Assembly (NCBI GenBank): GCA_028820795.1
Contig: JAPPHK010000255.1
Location: 1-45,051, forward strand
Direction of reading: 5' to 3'
Length of the DNA: 45,051 bases
Origin: Nitrospinota bacterium
Lineage (GTDB): Bacteria > UBA8248
Positions 1 to 9,193 of the stretch are shown one piece after another. Positions within the stretch are counted from its first letter, which is position 1. The number at the start of each line of letters is the position of its first letter. The translations under genes were made by a program, and so were the position numbers. Below the pieces are notes generated by a model. That model did not search any database and was not told where the DNA came from. It was given only the letters and a program-made list of their open reading frames with translations.

Positions 1-834
1 AGGATGCGCCGCCTTCTTCAATTCAGCCCATACACAAGATCTGAGGGTAACTCAATAATTATTGCAATTCGTATTGATTTGTTGCAGAGAGTCTACCGCT
101 TGACTCGAGATCCTGGATTTCAAGAAGAAAAAATAGAATCTCTTTATCTTCCACTTCAATGGTCTAAAGAATTGCTTGTCAATATCCTAGACAAAAGGAT
201 CGACCATTTAATCAAACGTTCTTATACTCGTGGGAAAGTCTCTCATAAAGATATCCTGCCAAAACAAATCAACAACCAACCAGCTATGGACTATATTTTA
301 GATAGAACTTTTATGCGACCACGAGACATAATCCTATTTTTTAACAAATGTATTGAACAAGCCAAAGGTAAACCTGATATTACGGCGAGAATGGTTAACT
401 TAGCTGAAGGGGACTACTCCAGAGAAAGGCTCCGTTCTCTTCAAGATGAGTGGAGTGCTGATTATCCAAACATGACCTCTTTTACTGAAATCCTAAAAGG
501 TTTCAGAAGTCAATTTTCTTTATCAGAATTAACTAAAGAACATTGTGAAGAGTTCTGTCTGCAATTTCTCACCAGAACAGTTGCGCGAAACGATGAATTA
601 TCCGAAGCCGCAGTATCTATATATGACGAAAAAATCAACGCCCAAGAATTTAGCAAAATAGTAATCTTGATTTTCTATAACATCGGTTTATTGGAGTTGA
701 AACTAGAAAAGTTCGAAGGTTTCTCTAGTATTATTTCAGGACAGACTAATATATCGCCAGCAGAACTAGATGATGATACAAAAATCAAAATCCATCCAAT
801 GTTTTGGCGTGTTTTGGGAATAAAACCAATGTAG
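1..834 (+). CDS. 3' part (at least 277 codons) of a larger gene entering from the left window edge. Probably the C-terminal lid and helical region of a P-loop/AAA-type NTPase. Function unknown.
   Basis: The reading frame is open to base 1 and ends at TAG 832-834. Codon usage is strongly A/T-ending, unlike all neighbouring genes. 'TFMRPRDIILFFNKCIEQA' resembles the sensor-2/lid segment of STAND/Orc1-Cdc6-like P-loop NTPases; this rests on my recollection of family patterns, not a search. Confidence 0.55.
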   Translation, partial: RMRRLLQFSPYTRSEGNSIIIAIRIDLLQRVYRLTRDPGFQEEKIESLYLPLQWSKELLVNILDKRIDHLIKRSYTRGKVSHKDILPKQINNQPAMDYILDRTFMRPRDIILFFNKCIEQAKGKPDITARMVNLAEGDYSRERLRSLQDEWSADYPNMTSFTEILKGFRSQFSLSELTKEHCEEFCLQFLTRTVARNDELSEAAVSIYDEKINAQEFSKIVILIFYNIGLLELKLEKFEGFSSIISGQTNISPAELDDDTKIKIHPMFWRVLGIKPM

Positions 835-846
835 ACCCGTCCCCTG

Positions 847-2886
847 TTACACCCCCGCCATCTCGCAGGGGGCGTAGTGGGAAAAGCGCATGGTGTAGGT
901 GGCGCGGCCCTGGGTGGCGGATCGGAGAGAAGTTGCGTAGCCGAAAACCTTGGCGAGGGGTACGGAGGCGCGCACGACGCGCATGGGCGACGCACCGCCG
1001 CGCTCTTCCACGCCGGAGACTTTTCCGTCGCGCGCGTTGATGTCGCCGATGATCGCGCCCAGAAACTCCCCGGGCGCTACGACCTCTACCGACATGATAG
1101 GTTCCAGAAGCTGTCCACCCGCTGCGCGACAAGCTTCGGTGAACGCGTTTGCCGCCGCGATGGAGAATGCGGCCTCCGTGGCACGCTCGGCGTCGTAGTC
1201 CGCCTCGAGCAAAATGACAGCCACGTCTGTCATCTCATAACCAGCCATAGCGCCGCTCGACGCAGAAGCACGGAGCGAATCCTGGGCGGCAGCGATCAGA
1301 TTTTCAGGAACAGACGTATCGTCCAATACGCTTTCGCACGATACGCCTCCACCGGGTCTGGGCGCCACACCCACGCGCACCCTTGCGAACTGGGGCTCGC
1401 CCGCCAGCTCTCTATCGAAGGTGGACTCGGCCTCTGCTTCGTTCGCAAGAGTTTCTCGGTAGACTACACGGGGCGCACCGACACGAACATTTACACCGAA
1501 ATCTTCGTCGATTCGGCGCGTGAGCACCTCCAAATGAAGTTCGCCCATGCCGCTCATCACCGTCTGGCCGGATTCGGAATCCACCCTCACTTGAAACGTC
1601 GGGTCTTCCGCCTGGAGTTTCGCCAGAGTCTCGTTCAGCTTCTTGGTCCCTGTGGCGTCTCTGGGTTCTATCGCGACCGAGATGACGGGTTGGGGCGCGA
1701 GAATCGACTCGAAGGCTATCGGCTCTTTGCGGTCACAAAGGGTATCGCCCGTAACCGCCTCCTTCAGGCCGGCCGCCGCGACGATGTCCCCTGGACCCAC
1801 GGCGCCGATGCGCTCGCGCTTGTGGGAATACATTCTGAAAAGACGGGCGAATCGCTCACTATCTCCTCTCGCGGGATTCCACAAACTTTCGCCTACCCTG
1901 GCCGCGCCGCTATACACCCGCAAGTAGGTGAGCCGCCTGCCCCCATCGATTTGCACCTTGAAAACCAAAGCAGAAAAAGGCGCACCTTCTACGGGAGGAC
2001 GGGTGATGGGCTCATCCTCTTCTGGAGTGAAACCCGCCGTGGGCGGCGCATCCACCGGAGAAGGCAGATATTCCACCACGGCGTCCAGCAGGGGCTGCAC
2101 CCCTTTGTTCATCAGGGATGAACCGCAAAAAACGGGTACGAGTTCACCCGCAAGCACGGCGCGCCGCAAGCCCGCCTTGAGTGTTTCTGTGTCGACGGCG
2201 CGCCCTTCCAGATAAGCCTCCATCACGGACTCGTCATAATCCGCCACCGCCTCTATGATAGATTCCCTCAACTCGGTTGCTTTTTCCTTGAGTTCTCCGG
2301 GAGGTTCCCTCCGATGGAGTTCCCCCCCCTCCCAGGTGAGAAAATCACCGCTCAGCGCTTCCACCTGACCCGTATAATCCTCACTCTCTCCGTCTGGCCA
2401 GTGCATGAGCACGGGGTTGGCCCCTAATTTTTCGACCATCATTTCGACTGTTCTCTCGAAATCCGCCCCCAGGCGGTCCAGCTTGTTGATGAAGGCCAGC
2501 CGGGGCACGCTGAACTTGTCCGCCTGCCTCCAAACGGCTTCACTCTGCGGTTCGACGCCTTCCACCGCACTGAAGATTGCGATAGCGCCATCGAGCACAC
2601 GCAGGCTTCTTTCCACTTCGATCGTAAAATCCACGTGTCCAGGGGTATCGATGATGGTAATCTCATGACCCGCCCAAGTCGTGGTGATGGCCGCTGAGGT
2701 GATGGTGATGCCCCGCTCGCGCTCCTGGCTCATCCAGTCCATGGTGGCGGAGCCATCGTCCACCTCGCCGATCCGGTGCACGGCGCCCGAATAAAACAGC
2801 ATGCGCTCGGTGGTCGTCGTCTTTCCGGCGTCGATGTGCGAGATGATGCCTATGTTTCTTCTCATCTCGAGTGCGGGGCGCTTCAT
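847..2886 (-). CDS. fusA: Elongation factor G family GTPase (stand-alone paralogue, 679 aa)
   Basis: 'NIGIISHIDAGKTTTTERMLFYSG', 'DWMSQERERGITI', 'IIDTPGHVDF' and 'NKLDR' are G1-G4 motifs. The C-terminal 'PLAKVFGYATSLRSATQGRATYTMRFSHY' is typical of EF-G. Start chosen at ATG 2886 (MKRPALEMRRNIGI...), because the upstream part of the ORF is not EF-G-like. Confidence 0.93.
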   Translation of the reverse strand: MKRPALEMRRNIGIISHIDAGKTTTTERMLFYSGAVHRIGEVDDGSATMDWMSQERERGITITSAAITTTWAGHEITIIDTPGHVDFTIEVERSLRVLDGAIAIFSAVEGVEPQSEAVWRQADKFSVPRLAFINKLDRLGADFERTVEMMVEKLGANPVLMHWPDGESEDYTGQVEALSGDFLTWEGGELHRREPPGELKEKATELRESIIEAVADYDESVMEAYLEGRAVDTETLKAGLRRAVLAGELVPVFCGSSLMNKGVQPLLDAVVEYLPSPVDAPPTAGFTPEEDEPITRPPVEGAPFSALVFKVQIDGGRRLTYLRVYSGAARVGESLWNPARGDSERFARLFRMYSHKRERIGAVGPGDIVAAAGLKEAVTGDTLCDRKEPIAFESILAPQPVISVAIEPRDATGTKKLNETLAKLQAEDPTFQVRVDSESGQTVMSGMGELHLEVLTRRIDEDFGVNVRVGAPRVVYRETLANEAEAESTFDRELAGEPQFARVRVGVAPRPGGGVSCESVLDDTSVPENLIAAAQDSLRASASSGAMAGYEMTDVAVILLEADYDAERATEAAFSIAAANAFTEACRAAGGQLLEPIMSVEVVAPGEFLGAIIGDINARDGKVSGVEERGGASPMRVVRASVPLAKVFGYATSLRSATQGRATYTMRFSHYAPCEMAGV

Positions 2887-2961
2887 CGGAAAATCCTCTT
2901 TATGAGAAAAACTGAAGCGCAGATTACATTGGGAGAAAGAAGATGGGAAAGTCCAAGACGT

Positions 2962-2997
2962 AAAAAGTGGCGGCTTAAAGACAGCCGCCACTTTTTT
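2962..2997 (-). terminator. Rho-independent terminator downstream of csp; its symmetric A/T flanks would allow it to work in both directions
   Basis: Perfect 9-bp stem GTGGCGGCT (2967-2975) / AGCCGCCAC (2983-2991) with a 7-nt loop. It is flanked by AAAAA on one side and TTTTTT on the other. Confidence 0.8.
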
Positions 2998-3014
2998 GAA
3001 ACGCCAGAGGTTCG

Positions 3015-3218
3015 CTAGAGCTTGACGACGTTTTGCGCCTGAAGCCCTTTGGGTCCCTGAGCGACTTCGAAAGTAACCTTATCGTCCTCGCTCAAAGATT
3101 TGAATCCTTCCGCCTGGATGGCCGTGTGGTGAACGAACAGATCCTCGCCACCGTCTTCGGGCGTGATGAAACCATACCCTTTTGCATCGTTGAACCACTT
3201 TACTGTACCTGTTGACAT
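3015..3218 (-). CDS. cspA: Cold-shock protein, CspA family (67 aa)
   Basis: '[17 protein letters not shown]' (RNP1) and 'DLFVHHTAI' (RNP2). SD GAGGA lies upstream of ATG 3218. Confidence 0.97.
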   Translation of the reverse strand: MSTGTVKWFNDAKGYGFITPEDGGEDLFVHHTAIQAEGFKSLSEDDKVTFEVAQGPKGLQAQNVVKL

Positions 3219-3632
3219 ACTTTTCCTCTAGAAAAAGAGACTGAACTGAGGGGATGTAATCATGAATGGAGCGTCTCTAGGAAGGGAATCTTCATTCGTC
3301 TTGCATACCCACAAACCTTTTACCCACACCTGTTGTGGGAAAAGAAACTGAACTCTATCACCTACTGTGTATATGCGCAAGGGATAAAAACAAAGAATTA
3401 CAAACGATTACGCCATACCACCCGCATGACGGAAACGGGATTTCTCTCCATGGCTTCGGGAATTTATGGGTCAAGAAGAAAGATTAGATTGTTTGCCGGA
3501 TTCTCCCCATCCCTCATGCCGCCTACGGGCGATGCCCCGCTAATTGCAGGACCGAGCGGAGAAAGCGGCGTAAGCGCATCAGGGAGAAGCGATGCGCTTG
3601 CCTGGACCATTGCGCCCAGGCGAGGGAGGGAA

Positions 3633-3854
3633 TCATGCGGCCTCGGGGGTTTTTGGCTCCCATGCTTCGAATGGAAGTTCGGGCGCGGGCGTAAGTCTCG
3701 ATTCGAGTTCCTCTTGTCTGCTGCGCCAATCCTCATACGAGACATGGCCTTGCAAATAGAGGGCGAGATTCCGCATGCAGGCTTGGTGAATATGCTTCGA
3801 GGTCTGGCTCGTCCCATGTGTTTTGTATCCGGGTCTTTGAGTTGTCATCGCCAT
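3633..3854 (-). CDS. Small hypothetical protein (73 aa)
   Basis: ATG 3854 is preceded by a consensus SD AAGGAGG with a 6-nt spacer. The ORF ends at TGA 3633. No family assigned. Confidence 0.5.
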   Translation of the reverse strand: MAMTTQRPGYKTHGTSQTSKHIHQACMRNLALYLQGHVSYEDWRSRQEELESRLTPAPELPFEAWEPKTPEAA

Positions 3855-4121
3855 GACGGGCCTCCTTTCCAGCTTCTCCACCTACTTGGTGGAGAGTGGT
3901 TCAATAATCTATATATAGTGCCTCTCATACATTTTCGCACTACATTTTGTGTGAAAATCATATTAAAAAATTGTTACTATATGGAGAATTTTTATATCCT
4001 CCAATTATACGAATATAATACGAAAATAAGAAATTTGCAACCCTTTTTTCTATTTGATGTGTCTAGCGCCACCATTTCAGTATGTTAAAATGTTATTTTT
4101 TATGTTTTCCATTCATTCCTG

Positions 4122-5039
4122 ATGGACGAAAATCTTGACCCACAACTTTCAGAAAGTTCAAAAGGACCCACCGTGATCTTGAAAAATTTCTCGAAAAAAA
4201 TGCTCCACGGCACTTTTTCTCTCCTCATTTCCACATTTCTGCTCGCCGGATGCGCCACTGACCACGAAACGAAAACCGCTCGTGGCGAGGTGATCCGCGA
4301 ATGGTTCATTGAATTTCCCTGGGGGCGCGTCGAGACTTACGCCGTCTGGCCCCCTGAAAGAAGGCCTTCTCAGCAAGTACGCTACCCGGCAATTCTCCTC
4401 CTCCACGGAGCGGACGCTCGGGCCCAACGATTCAGACGAGCCATGCTGGCTCATGTGCATGATGGATTCATCATGATGAGCATTTCTCTGCCCGGGTTCG
4501 GCGCATCCACCGGGCCGGAAGATTTTGCAGGACCCAAAAGCATACAGGCCGCCCTTGGCGCAGTCCGTTATCTCGACGCCAGAGAGAGCGTCAGAAAAAA
4601 CGGAATCTTCGTCTACGGAATTGGACAAGGCGCTTCAACCGCCGCCCTCGCAGGAACGATGAGCACGAAGATTTCGGGCCTCATTCTTGAAAACGGATTT
4701 TATGACCTCGAGAAAACCTACCCGCTCTTATCGAAAAAACAGAAGAGCAAAATTCGCGCGCTGCTCGGCGGCACGTCCGCTCAAAATGAGGATGCTTTCC
4801 GAGAGCGCTCGCCCATCCGGGTGGCGGGCAAGATAAAAGCCCCGGTTCTGCTTCTGCACAGCCAAGGAGGTTCCTATCCGCTCAGCGGCGCAGAGGCTTT
4901 TCTAAGAGCCATCGAGGAAAAAGGCGGAATAGCGGAACTGCAGAGAATAAAAAACCAGGGCCCGTTCGAATCACTCACGCACCCCAACATCGCGAAACGG
5001 GTCATTCCCTTCATCAGGAAAATACTCAAAACGCGCTGA
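4122..5039 (+). CDS. Alpha/beta-hydrolase-fold lipoprotein (dienelactone hydrolase / prolyl-oligopeptidase-like), possibly catalytically inactive
   Basis: Lipobox 'LLAGC' follows a hydrophobic segment. 'AILLLHG' and 'PVLLLHS' strands are typical of the fold. An alternative start is ATG 4200. The nucleophile elbow reads G-I-G-Q-G (see findings). Confidence 0.75.
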   Translation: MDENLDPQLSESSKGPTVILKNFSKKMLHGTFSLLISTFLLAGCATDHETKTARGEVIREWFIEFPWGRVETYAVWPPERRPSQQVRYPAILLLHGADARAQRFRRAMLAHVHDGFIMMSISLPGFGASTGPEDFAGPKSIQAALGAVRYLDARESVRKNGIFVYGIGQGASTAALAGTMSTKISGLILENGFYDLEKTYPLLSKKQKSKIRALLGGTSAQNEDAFRERSPIRVAGKIKAPVLLLHSQGGSYPLSGAEAFLRAIEEKGGIAELQRIKNQGPFESLTHPNIAKRVIPFIRKILKTR

Positions 5040-5051
5040 ACTGAATATCGT

Positions 5052-6185
5052 CTAGGCTTTCTCCCAGGATTCGATTCTGGCCAATCGATCGTAAACCGAG
5101 GGGTGCGAATGAAAGAGCGCGACTACCCAGCCGGGCGGATCGGGGTCCGTCAGGTTTTGTTTGCACAACTTGACAAGAGCGGAAGACAAGCCGCCCCGCG
5201 CCTCGGCGTATTCGGCGGAATAGTGATCGCAGCGATACTCGAAAGCGCGTGAAATAACGAGAAACACAGGAGTCACGACCGCTCCCAGCAGGCCCAGAAC
5301 AACCCATAAAACCACGACGCAAGCGGGCTCTCCGGGCTGCACGAGAGCGGGGACCGCCCATTCCCCGAGCCATTCCAGCACGTGGCTGGAAATATACATA
5401 GCGAAAACCAGCATCGCGCTCTTCATCGCGATGAGGGCCGGGATATGACGACCCACGTGATGCGCGATTTCATGGGCGAGGACCGCCTCGATCTCATCGG
5501 GCGTGAAATCAAGCAAGGTATCGGAGAGAACCACCCGCCGGGACGGCCCCCAGCCGACAAGGGCGGCGTTCGCCGTATTGCTCTTGGAACTCATATCCAT
5601 CTCCCAAACACCGCCATAAACTTTTGTCTTCGTCCTCGTCAGTAAGGCGAGTAGCCGCTCTTTGAGTTCCTCATCCGCCAATGGCTTGAAGCGAAAGAAG
5701 ATGGGCGCGAGCAATACCGGAGCGATGAGGGAGAGAAAAACCACCAGCAGTACCGAAGCCAGCGCGGCTATCCACCACCAATCAGCCGGCCAAGCGATCA
5801 TGATCTTCAAAAAAATACCGCTGGCCGAGCCGCCCAACAGCAAGAGAAGCGCCAGTCCCTTGCATCTGTCCCAAAGCCAGGCAGCGAGTGATTGGTTCGA
5901 CAAATTTTCCCGGTGGGCGAGGACGTAGCCGCCATAGTAGTCAAAGGGGAAAGAGACCAGCGTTTTCGAGAGGGCAATGAGGGAGAAAACAGCGAATCCA
6001 CTAAGGAACGCGCCGTTTGCAGACTTCCCGGCCTCCGCGCCCAGATACCAGAACAGGAACGCTATCAGGACGGCGAATTCCAGAATGGAGGACGCCAACC
6101 CCACGTACAGACGCCGCTTTTGATACGACCTCGCACGTTTCAGGAATTCATCCTCGAAAACAGGATATCCACTGGTATTCCGCAT
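5052..6185 (-). CDS. M48-family zinc metalloprotease (Ste24/HtpX-like), multi-pass membrane protein
   Basis: 'HEIAHH' HExxH motif, several N-terminal hydrophobic helices, and C-terminal 'HSHPSVYDRL'. Confidence 0.9.
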   Translation of the reverse strand: MRNTSGYPVFEDEFLKRARSYQKRRLYVGLASSILEFAVLIAFLFWYLGAEAGKSANGAFLSGFAVFSLIALSKTLVSFPFDYYGGYVLAHRENLSNQSLAAWLWDRCKGLALLLLLGGSASGIFLKIMIAWPADWWWIAALASVLLVVFLSLIAPVLLAPIFFRFKPLADEELKERLLALLTRTKTKVYGGVWEMDMSSKSNTANAALVGWGPSRRVVLSDTLLDFTPDEIEAVLAHEIAHHVGRHIPALIAMKSAMLVFAMYISSHVLEWLGEWAVPALVQPGEPACVVVLWVVLGLLGAVVTPVFLVISRAFEYRCDHYSAEYAEARGGLSSALVKLCKQNLTDPDPPGWVVALFHSHPSVYDRLARIESWEKA

Positions 6186-6383
6186 GTCCGTTCAGTCCCT
6201 AGGCGTGCACGAGGAGTCCAAAAGCCGGAAAATGACAGAGCGATAATTTGGCAAATCACTTGTGATTATGCAAATATATTCTCCACCAAGCGGAATACAA
6301 CTAACCGAGTGCTTAAAACCCGACTCCCGGAGACGGGGGCCGGAAGCCGGGGGGTCTTATCTTTGTCCCGTCATTTCATCGAC

Positions 6384-7397
6384 ATGAGAAGCGATACCGC
6401 AACGCGGCCCACGCAGGCGATGCGCCAGGCCATTGCCGAAGCACAGGTGGGCGACGACACGCTCAGAGAGGACCCGAGCGTCAACGCACTCATCGAAAAG
6501 GCGACTGCCCTCTTCGGCAAGGAAGACGGCCTATTCGTGTCATCGGGCACGCTCGCCAATCAACTGGCCATCAAGGCCCATACGAACCCGGGTGATGAGA
6601 TCATCGCCGATTCCCATTGCCATCCCTTTCGAAACGAACTCGGCGCGGGCCCAGTATTATCGGGTGTTCAATTCGCTCTGATCTCGGCGAATCGCGGAGC
6701 ATACACCCGAGAAGATGCAGAGAAATGGCTCCGGCCCACGGCAGGGTACCCGAATAGCACCCTGCTCTGGGTGGAGAACACGCACAACCAGGGCGGCGGC
6801 CACGTGTTCCCCCTCGAAAAACTCGATGAGTTGCGCGCTTTTTCGAAAGAGCAAAATATCCCCCTTCACATCGACGGCGCCAGAATCTTCAACGCCATCG
6901 TTGCCTCCGGGGTCCCGCCAAATGAATGGGCGAAGCGCTGCGATTCGATGTGCTTTTGCCTCTCCAAGGGATTGGGCTGCCCGGTGGGCTCCATCCTGCT
7001 CGGGGAGAAAGCGTTCATTCAAGAAGCGCGTCGGTACTGGAAAATGTTCGGTGGCGGCTGGCGACAGGCGGGTATTCTCGCAGCTGCGGGGCTCTACGCC
7101 CTGGAGCATCACGTGGAGCGCCTGGCGGATGACCACGCAAACGCACAGCTGTTCTCTGAACTCACCGCCGGTGTTCCGGGCGTTCGGCCCGTCCATGACA
7201 CCACGCCCACCAATCTCGTGTTCCTCGACATCTCGGAAACCGGCAAGACGGCGCATCAGATCAGCGAGACGATGAGGGAAAAAGGCGTCGCCTTCTCCGT
7301 TCCGAACGCGAAGATGCTCCGCGCCGTCACTCATCTGGACGTCTCGAGGGAAGACGTGCAAACCGCCGCTCAGGTTCTGGCGGATTCGGTGAGATGA
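6384..7397 (+). CDS. ltaE: Low-specificity L-threonine aldolase (PLP-dependent)
   Basis: 'DMRSDTATRPT..MR.A...A.VGDD', 'SGTLANQL' and 'CLSKGLGCPVGS' (PLP lysine). An alternative TTG start lies at 6363. The upstream part of the 501-aa ORF runs antisense to the M48 gene and is not aldolase-like. Confidence 0.9.
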   Translation: MRSDTATRPTQAMRQAIAEAQVGDDTLREDPSVNALIEKATALFGKEDGLFVSSGTLANQLAIKAHTNPGDEIIADSHCHPFRNELGAGPVLSGVQFALISANRGAYTREDAEKWLRPTAGYPNSTLLWVENTHNQGGGHVFPLEKLDELRAFSKEQNIPLHIDGARIFNAIVASGVPPNEWAKRCDSMCFCLSKGLGCPVGSILLGEKAFIQEARRYWKMFGGGWRQAGILAAAGLYALEHHVERLADDHANAQLFSELTAGVPGVRPVHDTTPTNLVFLDISETGKTAHQISETMREKGVAFSVPNAKMLRAVTHLDVSREDVQTAAQVLADSVR

Positions 7398-8176
7398 ACG
7401 CAAGCGCCCGCGTCACCGTTCTGGGCTGCGGAACTTCCACCGGCGTTCCTTCCATCGGGTGCAAAAGCGCTGCGTGTCTTTCGGATGACCCCAGGAACAA
7501 GCGGCTGCGTCCAAGCATCATCATCGAGCACAACGGGCGAAACCTGCTGGTGGATACGGGTCCCGACTTGCGTGAGCAGGCGCTCAGACACGAGATTACC
7601 CGTGTGGACGCCGTGGTCTATACACACTATCACGCGGACCATACGCACGGCATCGACGATTTGCGCGCCTTTAATTTTCTGATGGGAAAACCGATTCCTT
7701 GTTATGCCTATCCCAATACGGTAAAGATTCTCTACCAGAATTTCAGCTACATTTTCAATCACACTCGGGAATACAGCGGCTTCAAGCCGCAACTCACGCT
7801 GGCGGAGATTGGAAATTCCCCTTTCGAGGTGGCCGGCATGAACGTCATACCCTTCGAACTCGAACACGCCGGCATGAAGGTGATGGGCCTGCGGGTGGGG
7901 GATTTCGCCTACGCGACGGATTGCAACGCCATTCCGGAAAAATCCATGGAAATACTGAAAGGAGTGCGCATCCTCATCCTGGACGCCCTGCGCCACCGGG
8001 AGCACCCCTCACACTTCACGGTCGCCGAAGCACTGGAAATCGTCAAGGAACTCAAGCCCGAGCAGACGTATTTCACCCACACCAATTTCGAGTTGGAATA
8101 CTACGAAACGAACCGGAACCTGCCCCGTGGCGTCGAACTCGCCTATGACGGGTTGAGTTTTGAGGTCTTCTTGTAG
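7394..8176 (+). CDS. MBL-fold metallo-hydrolase (PhnP-like phosphodiesterase family)
   Basis: 'YTHYHADHTHGIDDLR' is the HxHxDH motif. The ATGA overlap with the ltaE stop implies translational coupling. Confidence 0.85.
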   Translation: MNASARVTVLGCGTSTGVPSIGCKSAACLSDDPRNKRLRPSIIIEHNGRNLLVDTGPDLREQALRHEITRVDAVVYTHYHADHTHGIDDLRAFNFLMGKPIPCYAYPNTVKILYQNFSYIFNHTREYSGFKPQLTLAEIGNSPFEVAGMNVIPFELEHAGMKVMGLRVGDFAYATDCNAIPEKSMEILKGVRILILDALRHREHPSHFTVAEALEIVKELKPEQTYFTHTNFELEYYETNRNLPRGVELAYDGLSFEVFL

Positions 8177-8185
8177 GTAATCGCG

Positions 8186-9010
8186 CTATGCGTCGCCCGT
8201 ATCTTCGGGAATTTGCTCCGCCTCATCCGTCCGCCTTGCGCTCGCAGCCTCGCAAAGGTCCGAAAACAGGAGATACCCCGCCAGGTAATACGAGATCGAA
8301 GTCACCATCACGCCCGTCTGCAGCAGAACCTGCCCTAGGAGGCCGCCGCCGAAAATCCCCTGTATCACTTGCCAGAGTATGAACCAGACAAGCAGATAGG
8401 TCATCGCCAGGACGACTATGGTTCTCTCGCCACCGCTCGATATCCCGCCAGCGCGGCGGAAGGCCTGGGCGAAGTCATCCCCATACAGCAACGCTGTAAG
8501 AGTGCAAAAATAATACCGAACCGCAGGCGTGAGAACGAGAAAAACCGTGACGGCGAACGAGAACGGGAGCCCGATGGGCGATTCTCCGAACAGAAATCCA
8601 AAGATGAACAACGCTGCCGCAAACCCGATGACACCCAGCAACTGCAAACCAAAGGTATACGCCAGGTCGACCTTGGCGACGGCTTTCAGGCGATTCACTG
8701 CTTCTGCGATGTCCCAAACGGCCCCATCACCCACGCGCTTGGACTCGACCCGCAATATCAGGAGTATGAACAGGAACACCTGCAATACGCGCAAAATCAA
8801 CTGCGAGATGATCATGAGCGGAAACAGCAACATGAGATTCGCCTCGGGTTCCATCAGTGATTTGATGGAAGGATGCACCGAGAGCGCAATCATGGATATG
8901 GGCACGTAAATCGCGACGAAAAGGCGGGTGATCTGCGCAAAATCCGCCGCATGGTTGCGCACACCGTACTCGATATATCTGGAAAGTGGTCCGAGTGCTG
9001 TATTTTTCAT
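8186..9010 (-). CDS. Integral membrane protein, unknown function (274 aa)
   Basis: A long ORF with at least six hydrophobic segments, host-like codon usage, and an acidic C-terminal tail. Confidence 0.7.
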   Translation of the reverse strand: MKNTALGPLSRYIEYGVRNHAADFAQITRLFVAIYVPISMIALSVHPSIKSLMEPEANLMLLFPLMIISQLILRVLQVFLFILLILRVESKRVGDGAVWDIAEAVNRLKAVAKVDLAYTFGLQLLGVIGFAAALFIFGFLFGESPIGLPFSFAVTVFLVLTPAVRYYFCTLTALLYGDDFAQAFRRAGGISSGGERTIVVLAMTYLLVWFILWQVIQGIFGGGLLGQVLLQTGVMVTSISYYLAGYLLFSDLCEAASARRTDEAEQIPEDTGDA

Positions 9011-9193
9011 ATAAAAAACAAACCCTTAGAAGAATGTGGTCACTAGCGCCAGCGTTGATCTCCATCCTTCAGGAACGATACACTAGGAACCTACTTCCGC
9101 CGCCCTGCGAATCGCGAGACCGCTCGAGTAAACCGCCCCGCAACCGATGACGACACTATACTCGCTCATGATGAGGAATAGAAGGCAGGCTCC

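Noticed and set aside
877-2121. 414-aa plus-strand ORF antisense to the EF-G gene
   Set aside because: It lies entirely inside a confidently identified EF-G gene on the other strand. It has Arg/Gly/His-rich low-complexity composition, typical of stop-free antisense frames in GC-rich DNA.
3333-4088. 251-aa plus-strand ORF across the csp upstream region
   Set aside because: It spans GC-rich and very AT-rich DNA with incoherent composition. It overlaps the SD-preceded 73-aa minus-strand ORF. No motif or SD.
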